This document shows positions 26,201 to 38,400 of a stretch of DNA of 64,000 nucleotides, piece after piece. Below the pieces are notes generated by a model, which searched no databases, was not told the origin of the DNA, and worked only from the letters and a program-made list of their open reading frames with translations. A program made the position numbers and the translations under genes. Origin of the DNA: Heptranchias perlo (taxonomy: Eukaryota); contig NC_090364.1 of the NCBI RefSeq assembly GCF_035084215.1, positions 12,462,001-12,526,000 on the forward strand, given 5' to 3'. Within the stretch, counting starts at the first letter, position 1, and every line of letters begins with the position of its first letter.

Positions 26201-29200
26201 ATATGTTGCATAGGAACAGGATTAGGCCATTCAGCCCCTCAAACAAATGTCATTTTTTAATATTCATTCTTGGGATGTAAGCATTACAGGCAAGGCCTGC
26301 AATTATTGCCCATCTCTAATTGCCCATTCAACTCCAACTTGTGATAAAGTGCACTTAAAGTTGAAATAAATTTTCTAGTAACCTCCTTTGTGAAAAAATG
26401 TCCCCTAACTTTCCCTTTTGTTCATCCAGTGATAATCCCAGGTTATAGTCCAACAGTTTGGACTATAACCTGGTGTTGTAAGATTCCTTACATTTGTCCA
26501 CCACAGTCCATCACCGGCATCTCCACATCAGTGATAATCCTGACACTCTGCCCCACTGTTACCAATCCCAACAGCCATTGGAAACAATTTTTCACAATTT
26601 AGTTTCATAAGGGGAAAAATTGGGCTTTATGCCCATTCGTTGAACGGGATGAATTTTGGGCAGGAGTTCTCCCCTGGAAGCAGGTTGACTGTCAAATTGT
26701 CAGCTATTGACTTCACAGTGCCTAGGCTCTTGCCTAAGACTGGTGTTAGGCCCCTGATTAGCATATTTAAGGAGTCTAACACCTATTTTGGAACTCCTTT
26801 CCCAAATTCAGCATACAGGGGATGGAGCTTGCACTGCACATGATCTGCTCAGTTTTTCTGCGTCTACAGTGGCTTAACCAGCAGTCCTTAAAGGGTCGCT
26901 GGAGGCTGCTGAGAAATGGTTGCTACAGCTTTTTGTTTTACTTACGTTAATGTGGAGCCAGGAGGAGGGGGCGTATTTTTCTTGGCTCTACAGTAATACT
27001 GTGGGCTGTTGCTGTCCCTGACTCTCTTTCCCCCATCCCATTCACCTCCCCCCAAGACTTACCTGTGGGCCAGTTCCAAGTCGGAGCCAGACAAATTTTC
27101 CAGGCTCCCAACTGGCGAGCTGCATCGTGGAGCCCGATTGGTGCCCGTGGCTCACTGGCTTTATGTAGATGAAAGGAAAGACTTGCATTTCTACAGCGCC
27201 TTTCATGACCTTAGGGCATCCCAAAGCATTTTACAGCCAATGAAGTACTTTTGAAGTGTAGTCACTGTTGTAATGTAGGAAATGCGGCAGCCGATTCGTG
27301 CACAACAAGATCCCACAAACAGCAGTGTGATGATGACCAAACAATCTGTTTTTAGGTGTTGATTGAGGGATAAATATTGGCCAGGACACTGGGGAGAACC
27401 CCCGACTCTGCCATGGGATCTTTTATGTCCACCTGAGAGGGCAGACGGGGCCTCTGTTTAACCTTTCATCCGAAAGACGGCACCTCCGATAGTGCAGCAC
27501 TCCCTCAGTGCTGCACTGGAATGTCCGCCTAGATTTTGTGCTCAAGTCCCTGGCATGGGACTTGAACCTTCAACTTTCTGACTGAGAGTGCTACCAACCG
27601 AGTCACGGCTGACATGGGAAACTGAGGAATAATGAAAGAAAATGTAGGAGGACATAGATAGGGTAGCAGAGTAGACAGATAGGTGGCGGATTCATTTCAA
27701 TGCAGATAAACGTAAAATGGTACAATTTGGGGAAAAAGATTCACAGTGGAGGCAAAACCTAAGGCTAAAGGCACGTGCGCAGGTAACAAAGGCCATTTTC
27801 AAGTAAATGGGATTATGAGTTTTATACAGGGGGCATTAAATATAAATGCTGTTGAATTTATACAATTGTAAACAATTTTACAACACCAAGTTATAGTCCA
27901 ACGATTTTATTTGAAATCTACAAGCTTTCGGAGGCTTCCTCCTTCCTCAGGTAAATGTCAGGAACTCAGGAAGACGTTGATTAGGCCACAGCTGTGTGCA
28001 GTTCTGGGCACCCCATTACAGGAAGGCTATCAGAGCAGAATTGCATCAGAATAATACCAGCAATGAGCGACTATAGTTATGAAGAATGGCTCACAAATTT
28101 GGGGCTTTTTCACTGGAATCAAGTAGGTTAAGGGGGGAAATCTGATAGCGGCTTGCAAAATTATGAATGTTTTTGAGGGAAGAAATTGGTCCAGCGTCGG
28201 AAACAGGTGCAAACTGGGTGGCAGGCATTCTTTTATGTCCACTCAGCTGGATGGAAGTAATAGTGTTAAAGTTGGTCTTTGGGGTAATGAGGAGAAAAGC
28301 TTCAGCCAGAACTCCTGTTCCTAACCATTACTCTGTTATCCCCACTGGAACAATGTTCAACAACACAGGGTGGAGCTTTCAACTCCAGTTGGGGGGATAT
28401 CGGATGGGCCATCCTGCCTGATTTTCCTCCCCAATGACTTCATTCCCCTCCATTGCCCATTTTACACCAGTGGCAGTTTCTACAGACTGCTTTCAGCAGG
28501 TTACTTTCACTTCTGACCTCGGATGATCAGACCTCACCAGTGTCGGGTACAAAAGGTGAAGTGGACCGATCCACTACAATGGGGTCACTTCTCCGGTGAG
28601 CATACTATAGCTTAGGATCCATTCGATTGAATAAATGTCGTGCACAAGGGGTACTTGACATAATTTTGGTCGCTACTAATAAATGGATAGTGCAAAAAAA
28701 TAATAAGTGTACAATTGGAAAACCTGGTGCTTAAGTTCTGGACATCTCTCAACGTGTGAGTTTGGAGCTCTGGGTTGGAGATGCTGGGCCAGGATGACTA
28801 TCCCTACTCAGCTGACAGCATGCGCTAACATGTGTTAAATCTAGTTTGGGGAGTAACTTCCTATTCTGCCTATTGGGAGTGGCACAATCACGTCTTCAAG
28901 TAAGGGTTGAAACTGACCATTGAACTCTGCAACTAACCTCTGGTCTTTATTTTTCTTTCCGTTGGCATTTTAGCCCACTACACAGACCCAGTATTGACTT
29001 CAGTACCACAGCAGAGAGACTTGGGCTGTGGAGAGCTGTCGAAGCTGATTTGCTCGTCATGGGGCGGCTATCCAAAACCAATTGTAAACTGGACTAATAG
29101 TATTCCAAACATCCTTAATGAAAACAGTACGGTCGAGAATCACATTACTTGTCCTGGAAAGGAACTGTGCAACGTTACCTCAATCCTCTGGGTCGAAGGA

Positions 29201-32200
29201 ACATTAGACTCCATTACCTGCTCCATATACAATGCCAAACTCCAGGAGAATAAAACTACAACATTGTTTTGCAGTAAGTAAAATTAAGTAACATATCCTT
29301 CCCCTACCAAACAATAAAACAAATAAAGATAGCCTTCTTTTCATTTTTTGGAGTCCCTGATATGTTTAGGTTCCATTCCTCAGCAAAGTGCCTGTTCTTC
29401 ACGTGAGAGCTTGGTTACAGTGAGTGTCAATATTATTCGATTAGGGAGGGAAATCTGATCCTGTCTTCATCCAACATCCATATATATACACTTTCCGGTA
29501 GGAGTGGGGAGGATCTTATAATGGTAGTCAGGAGGCAAAACCCGGCCTGATTTTATTCCTCCTAGCCCAGGAACATTGAGGCTAGTTGTAGCGCCCTCCA
29601 GGCTGAGATCAGTTAACATAAAACAAAGTGGGAAGGTCCCAGGCGAGATTCCTGGATTGTAAGGGTCAGTGCAACACCACATAGTGGGGTCTTCCTGGTC
29701 TGTATAACTCAGTATAACGCCACATATTGGGGCTTTCCTGGTCTGTATAACTCTGTAAAACACCACACAATGGGGCTTTCCTGGTCTGTATAACTCTGTA
29801 AAACACCACACAATGGGGCTTTCCTGGTCTGTATAACTCAGTGTAACACCACACAGTCACTGCATTCCAAAAAATAATTCATTGTGCAAAGCACTTTGAG
29901 ACATATAGACAGCATGATATAAATGCAGATATTATTGATTTACTTATTTGCAATTCAATACCCAAATTCATATTTTACCAGCCACGGCTACTGTGCATTT
30001 TGAATAGTATTAAAAACAATTTATTATTGCAACCTACTCTACTACTCACTGCATGCCGCACCTCTCCAAACATGGTGCAGAAAATTGAATAGGAAAAATG
30101 AATTGATTTCTGTTTTCAATACTTATGTCAATATCTTGCTAATGTTTTTGTATTTGGACAGATTCCTCTGAAAAGCACAATAAGGAGATCATTGCCCCTG
30201 GCAATGACACACACCATAAATGGGTTGCACCAATGGCCGTTGTTGCACTGGTCATTGTGGTTTCACTGGCAATCTACATTTACTTGAAGTGTTTCCCCAG
30301 GTCTTTACTGAATGGTAAGTCTCTTATCTCCTTTAGTTTATTTAACTGACACTTAAATACAAGACTAGGCGGTTCGGTGGGGTTAGACAACTCTACATTG
30401 ACTTGAGTGAACTGGGTTTGAAGGCAGCCCAGACGGATAGTTCCCATTCTGCTCATTGTAAAGACCTTTAGGCAAACTAGATTAGGATAGTGTCAACTCA
30501 GTTTAATTGTGTACAAGTAGGAAGTGCAAATACTCTTAAGTTCAGCACCTATTAGTAAGCTGAGAGGTCACCAAGTGACGGGTATGAGAAGTGGCAATGG
30601 TGCAATAGAGGTTCTTTCTGAGGTTGATTTGTGGGCCAGAGAAGAGGCAGAATTACAGTGCACCTAATCCGCGCTCAGTATAACCTGGGAGAACTTGATG
30701 CAGACATTGGTGACTAAACATGGAGCAGTGTCCCATCTCTTTAACATTCCTCACATTAGTAAGTAAAAGTGTACCATTCTACCCCTCTCCCCACCATTAC
30801 CATGCAGAGGAGTCTCATCTTCAGGATCTCTTTTTAAAGAGTTCTGCTATTCAGGATCCTGTTTTTTTTTCTTTCGGTTTACTCCATTCTTCTCCTGCTG
30901 GACGCAGTTCCACAGATGCTGACTTGCCTCTCTTACCTGGTCCAAGTGGCCATTCATCACATGCAAGCTATTCTATCGTGTGGGGTATCACAGTCAAGCA
31001 TGATTCAGTCCTCAACTGATGTTCTTCCATGTACTTCCCAGCAGAGGTCACCAGATAGCAATCAGAGGCAGGAACCCTGGCTGGCTGTTTTCCTCCCTTG
31101 CGAAGAGACACTGAGGCCAATTCTAGTGCCTGAAATGCTGCCCCAGAAGAGATCAACCACCTCCTTAGCTCGGATGGCTCAATTTCAAATTCCACAGTGC
31201 ATTTACTTATGGGGGAGTCCAAAACTAGGCGCCATAACTATAAGATAGTCACTAATAAATCCAATAAGGAATTTAGGAGAAACTTCTTTACCCAGAGGGT
31301 GGTGAGAATGTGGAACTCGAATAACATAGATGCATTTAAGGGGAAGCTCGATAAGTACACGAGGGAGAAAGGAATAGAAGGATATGCTGATAGGGTTAGA
31401 TGAAGTAGAGGGAGGAGGCTCGTGTGGGGCATAAACACCGGCACAGACCAGTTGGGCCAAATGGCCTGTTTCTGTGGTGTACATTCTATGTAAAGTAGGA
31501 GTGTAGCTGCAGGCCTCTCGTGATTCTATCTGTGCTCCAGGCTATCGAGATTGAGGCCTACTCGATGCTGCTGCTGGAGAAAGGCAGCCAGATGGTCCCG
31601 AGTATTGAGAATTGTCTTGCAAGGATTAAATTTTCCTTGCCTCCATGTCTTCAGCCTGCCACAGGGATCCCTGCTGATGCTCTGGTTGGCGGGGATCTGA
31701 GGCTAGGCCCTTGTCCCAGATTTTCACAGATGCTCAACTGCAGAGGGGACTTACCGGAAAATCGGGGGTGGAGGCTGGGAGCGTTGCCTGCTGCCTCATT
31801 AAAACACCAGCTACAAGTACAGACCCAGTTACACATCTTGGGAAAGCCCCAGGAAACCCTGGGGCAGCTGAATGGGGGCAGAGGTCTGACATTAACAGTT
31901 CCCCGCCCCCTTTTCCCTGCGCCTGAGGAATGCTGATGAAACCTCCTTCACTGCAAGATAAGAAAATAATTTGTACTCCAAACTCTTTAGCAGGTGATGT
32001 GGCTGCACAGCAGTATGAACGAGCTTCGTTCAGCCCCTCAGAGCCTGCAGTTTGAGGTATGTGCTCCTCTTCTGAGATCAATCTGTTATTTATGGCCTTT
32101 CTTTTGAAATGGAGATTTTGGTTTATAAACTCTATTGAACATTGCAGTGGGGGATGAACTCGATGCAAACTATTTCCCCAAATAAGTGTCTCATTTAAAG

Positions 32201-32455
32201 GTAACAGCTTAGTGGATAAATGCACTGTACAGTGTGGTGCTGAGCCATAAAGATCCCTGAGTTATCTGATCTCAGCCTGGTGATTGTGGTTGTGGTACAA
32301 TTAGTCTCAGCTTCTCAGATTAAGGAAGGGATCTTCCCAATCAATATCCAGTGAGTTTAACTATATTAGAAAAATGTTTAATAGTGATCTGTGAGTATTA
32401 GGACCCATAAACACAGAATGACTATTGATTATATTATGTTATATGGAAGATAGAG

Positions 32456-32495
<40 letters not shown>

Positions 32496-35400
32496 ACAGA
32501 AAATGCTGGAAAAACTCAGCAGATAAGGCAGCATCTGTGGAGAGAAAACAGTTAATGTTTCAGGTCGCTGACCCACCAGACTCGAGTATTTTCTGTTTTT
32601 ATTTCAGACTTCCAGCATCTGCAGTATTTTGCTTTTGATTTAGGGATATGCCGTTCCATGTGTACTAAGTCTATCAACACCACACTGCCAGTCTCTCCAA
32701 TTCTGTCGGTACTGTCTGGATGGTGTTTTCTTATCTGCACACTCTTCCCTTGCAGGACAGGGCGAAGTAGTGGAAAGATTCACTGGCTGATTAACAGTCT
32801 AACAGACGTTCCGTCCATGGCCGTAACCGTATACCAGCCAATCGGGTAGTTAACCCAAATGGCAGGAGGGTTTTATGAGCTCCCAAAGCCCATATAGTGA
32901 GGGGAGGGGGGGACCGCCCAGACCCACCAAACGTGAGTATCTTGCGAGATGCCAACCCAGAATTCAGAGCTGGAGCTCCAGTCTCTACTTGCCGGGACCG
33001 TCTGGAGTGGGGTTCGAGCCCTGCACCTTCTGACTCAGAGGCAGAAATGCTACCACTGAGCCAAAAGCTCGCTCCTAGGTGGCATTGATATGGTTCCACC
33101 TAGGATTGAAGGCTATAGATTGTAAAGAAGAAAAATAGTTGCATTTAAGAGATTTTCAGGTCACAGTGTTTTCTTAAAGGACTTTGTAAAAAAAAAAGTG
33201 GGTGGCAATTTGTTTTGTTTTCAAATACACGTATCAGTAGAAAGCTATCTCAACAACAATTTGCATTTCTAAAGCACATAAACATCCCAGTCTGCTTCAC
33301 GTTGGAGTAGGAGAGTTAAATGAATGTCCGAAAGCAAGGTTGAAAAAATGGGTTTTGAAGAGGCTTTTAAAAGCAGGAAGAGAAGTAGCAAGGTGCAGGG
33401 GGTTAAGGAGGGAGTTCTAGAGAGTTAGGCCGAGGTAGCTGAAGGTTCTGCACTGATGGAGGAGCAGAGGGAGGAGGATGCACAGGGGGCCTGAGTTGCT
33501 GATCCAAAGGTCACGGGTGGAATGTAAGGCTGGAGGAGGTTGTAGAGGTGGAGTGGGGTGAGGCCACAGGAGGGATTTGTAAACCAGGACGAGGATTTTG
33601 ACTTCAGTGAATTGGGAGAATGGGAGTTAGTGGAGATCAGCGAGGACAGGGGTGATGGGTAGAACGTCAGGGGCCAGGAGGACTATGGGTGGCAGAGGCT
33701 GGAGAATACAGAAGTTGAGGAGGAAAGCTGGGAGGGGTAGAGCAGCTCAGACCCAAGGCGGCAGCCAATACGCATATACAAATGGACATAACAACACTGG
33801 CTATAGATACACAAGCATGACGCAGAGGAAACTAAACATGGCAAAGCAAGTGCATAAATAGAGACTTAAGAACCAGCAGCCTGAAGTGTGAAGGTGTTGT
33901 GGCAGTGAGGGGTCAGAGCCCGATTTCTGGTTGAGAAGAGTGGGGTTGACTGAATCATAAATTCCTGGCCGTGGCTGATAGACGATCTCTGATTGATTGA
34001 TCTGGGGAAGTCCTGGGTAAAATCAGGGCAGTGCAGGATTGATCCAGGGCAGCTAGTGAATGATGACTGAGGAGAGCCTGGCAAACAGTGGTCAAAGCTT
34101 TCAGTGATCGTCACTGTCGCTGTCTGCTGAGCCTTCAGCATTGTGCTTCTGATGCTGTCTGTCCTGCCGAGGACGTGCAGTGTTTCTGTTAGCAGATGTT
34201 ATACATCCTATTTTTTCCCTCTGGCATCTTGACTTTCTGCTAAGAAATAGGAGAAGAGCATGAAACTGGGGCAGCAGCGAACGGTGATGGGACAACGTCG
34301 AGGGGTGGCAGCAGCAATGGAGCATCCAGGAAACTGAAAGCCACGGTGCGCTAGGTGGCAAAGGTGCCATCCTTAGATCCTCAGTGTAAATGGGAGACAA
34401 CATTTGAGGTCTGTGGACCTCCAATCTTGAAAACCTGAAGTTGGCAAAAAAAGAATGGACAACTCCACTCTGCCTCTTCACCCCAAGGTTTGCCAAACAC
34501 CTTTTTTTTTCCCCTCTTGAAAACAAATCGCATTTAACTAGGTTAGGTAAAAGATAAGGGGGAGTGCAGCTCTTTCCAGTACGAGTTAGGTTTGTCTGCT
34601 GAAAGTTGGACGTGACTTTAGCTGGATTGTCGGTGTGACCATGGGATTGGTCTGTGCTTGTGGTCATATTAATGCGTTTGTTCACTTTTTAGGGAAAAGA
34701 AGCCACATTCAGGACGGCCAAGGGGAGTGTTGAAACTCCACTCTTAACCGAAGGATAAGAAGCCAATATTGTGAATTTAAAGGAGAAAGATTAAGCATTA
34801 GGGAATATGCTGTGGACAATGAATGTAAATGCTATAATATGCTCTGACCATGTCTGTGAATAATTTTGGTATACACTTCATTTGATTGCTTTGAGTGAGT
34901 GGTGACTGCAAATGGTATAAAATATTCTAAACTCCATGCCTGTAAATGGCATCCTGAACGTTACTGTGAATTGTGTAACATACTTTTCTTTCCATTTTCT
35001 CCTCCCCTTACCTGAAAGAACTGGCTCGTGCTGTGGCTGGGTTACGTGAGAGTTAGGCCTCCTGCAGATCTCCCCCCAAGTAGCCCATGCTACATGTTTG
35101 GCCAGTGAGTATTGGCCAGCTATTCAATGGTTGGGGACATGACCGCTGAGACAGTAATCTCCTCACCCAGCGACTGGGAGCCCTGGCTGATGGTTCCTGT
35201 CCCTAGCCCAGGTACACTGAGGTCAGCTGTAGTGTCCTAGCTGCTGCTGCCCAGGCTGAGATCTGCTGACTCAGCATAAAAACGAATAGTGTAGCATGCT
35301 TTTAATTTGATGGATGAATGAGTATGTTCGGAATGAACACTGTAAATGTGTTGTAAGGTGCTCTGAACTTGGTGACGTGAGTTTCAGGTATTTAACTGGA

Positions 35401-38400
35401 TTTGTTCACTGATGGAATCGGACAACGATCGTGGATGTGTTGAATGTTGTTGGAACTGGGAAGGAAAAAGTGGACTTTTGAACAATGCTGGGTATCGTCA
35501 TTGAAGTTCTGTATCACTAGGGCCCTGCTCTGATGAACAAGTGTTCCTGGCTCGTGAGCTATCTTCCATCCTGATGTGAATATTTGGCCACTTTACGGCT
35601 TTGAAAGGCTACTGTTACATGAAAGATATTTTCTGAGGACTTGCTGCTGATATCTGAACCATCTCGAACATTACCTGCAATCAATGGACAATGACCCTGG
35701 AATTGGGAATCCTGTGGATTGATGGCGAGCACTGAATCATTTAAAGGGAAAGGAGGCTGTGAACTACATTTGATTTCAAATCTTCATTGTTGCTAATTTG
35801 TACCAATGACCATCATTTATGATCTGCGCCAGCTGAAAGTATACCTGAGTCTAATGTAGAATTCCAATGGACCAACCCATTCTAATTCACTCTAACACAC
35901 AAAATTCTAATAGACCAAAATGCTTCCTATTCACTCTCATTGTGTAGCACTCCAATGGAGCAAATCCCATAGTTTACAAGTCATCCAGGTTGACTCCAGA
36001 TAATTTGTCGTGGCTCCTGATTCCTGATGTTGCAGGTAAAGCTCCTGGCTGCACCATTCCAGATGTGGCAATTGAACACAGTCAAGATCCTCACAGATAG
36101 ATGAGGAGACTTGCAAGGTGTGCTATCTATTCCTATTCACTCCCAAACCTGAGGCTGATGGATTCAAACCTGAGATTGATAGATTTTTGTTAGGCAAGGG
36201 TATTAAGGGTAACGGAATCAAAACGAGTAGATAGAGTTAAGATACAGATCAGCCATGATCTAATTGAATGGCGGAAGAGGCTCAAGGGGTTGAATGGCCT
36301 CCTCCTGTTCCTATGTTCCATTATGTAAAATTCGAAAGAATCCTATCGCCTCCGCATTCAGCTCTATTATATATCAGTCATTATTCCATAACTGTGCAAG
36401 TTGACTCTGGCCAGGTCACTTCAAGTATATGGCCCGGTAATGGCTTGGCTATTCCCTTGGTAAGCCTGGCCTTTTGGTTTTTCATCCCAGCTCAGGAATG
36501 GAGGTCAGGTCCAAGGGTGTAATGGAACAGAAGAGTAAAGTTAATGTTTATAAGTAAACCAAAGAAACAATAAGCTAAAACGAATATTAGGATAAGTAAC
36601 ATCAGTAAGAAATAATATAATATAAAGGCAAAGATAGAGATACTGAGAAAGGGAGAGAGAGGGGAACATTCAGGAGGCAAGGTAGATATAAAAATTCTAA
36701 ACATTTTTCCCTTTTCTTGCCAGTTTTCTCCTGGGGTAACAATCCAAAGGCACTGATTGCCTATTGTGAGCCTGGACTGCGAATGTTGTTGAGCTATTCC
36801 ACCACAGGAGGCATCACACCCTGTCCTCGCCCAATGCCCACTAACGTGCTCCTCCAGCAGGAGTTGCTGGATAACGAACAGGATGGGAATCTAGGCCTTT
36901 TTTATTTTAATTTTCCCCTCTCTACCTGGCACTGAAGCCGGCTGTAGAGCTTCTACTGCTGATACGGCTGGGACCAGGGGTTGGAAACCTGGTGCAGTGG
37001 GTTTCCACCCCTTGTTCCTCTGCCCTGCACGTGGGGAATGCTGATTTCTTGGGCAGGGGAAAGAAGTAAATCTACATTGCTTACACATGCCGGAAACTCC
37101 CTATTATTGCAGCCGTATCACTGCTCTGATTCTTACTGTAGTATTAAAATAATGAACAGGCTCCCCGGTGGTTCAATGAGTTTTCCCAGTAACAAGCTGA
37201 TCCATACAGGCTAAGAAGATCCCACATTCGACCCCTGGTCCCAGCCGTATCGGCAGTAGAAGCTCTACAACTGGCTTCAGTGCCAGGTAGAGAGGGGAAA
37301 ATTAAAATAAAAAAGGCCTAGATTCCCATCCTGTTCGTTATCCAGCAACTCCTGCTGGAGGAGCACGTTAGTGGGCATTGGGCGAGGACAGGGTGTGATG
37401 CCTCCTGTGGTAGAATAGCTCAACAACATTCGCAGTCCAGGCTCACAATAGGCAATCAGTGCCTTTGGAATGTTACCCCAGGAGAAAACTGGCAAGAAAA
37501 GGGAAAAATGTTTAGAATTTTTATATCTACCTTGCCTCCTGAATGTTCTCCACTCCTAAGCTGGGATCAAAAAACAAACGCCAGGTTTACCAAGGGAGTA
37601 GCCAAGCAGGGGCCTTGGGAGCAGCAATAACAACTTGTATTTAACGTAGTAAAACGTCCCACAGTGCTTCAGAGGAGCGATTATCAAACAAAATTTGACA
37701 TTGAGCCACGTAAAGAGATATTAGGACAGCTTGGTCAAAGAAATAGATTTTAAGGAGCGTCTTAAAGGAGGCGAGCTAGTGGGGTGGAGAGGTTTAGGGA
37801 GGGAATTCCAGAACTTAGGGCCTAGGCAACTAAAGACACAGCCGCCAGCGGTGCAGCGATCAAAATCGGGGATGCACAAGAGGCCAGAATTGGAGGAGCG
37901 CCGAGATCTCAGCGAGTTGTAGGGCTGGAGGAGGTTACAGAGATAGGGAGGGGCGAGGCCATGGAGAGAAATGAAAACAAGGATAAGAATTTTAAAATCG
38001 AGGCGTGGCCAGACTGGGAGCCAATGTAGGTCGAAGACAGGCAGGTAAGTTCCACGTTTAATTTTGAGACCCACCCCCGGGGATATTTTGAGACAATCGT
38101 GGTTTTCTAGCTACTGATCTCCATCAGCCAGCAGATGGCCCTGACCTCGAAGGCTTGAGAGACCTGCAGATACTTTTATGTGCAATGCCCAACCAATTGG
38201 TTGGAATCGCCCCAGGCCATGTGCAAATGGGGGGAATTGCATGTATCTTTTCCTCTCAGACACCCAGACAGGAAATTCTACCTTTTAGTCCAGCGGAGTG
38301 TGGGATTTCTTACAGCTACAGCCACTCTAAGGGTTTAAAAAAATGTAAATAGAAAAAAGATACTGTAGAATAGTGGGCCATTTTTGACTTGGGGCCCACG

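Noticed and set aside
34101-34685. 194-aa minus-strand ORF
   Set aside because: No recognisable domain or splice context and a non-ATG start; treated as chance or relic.
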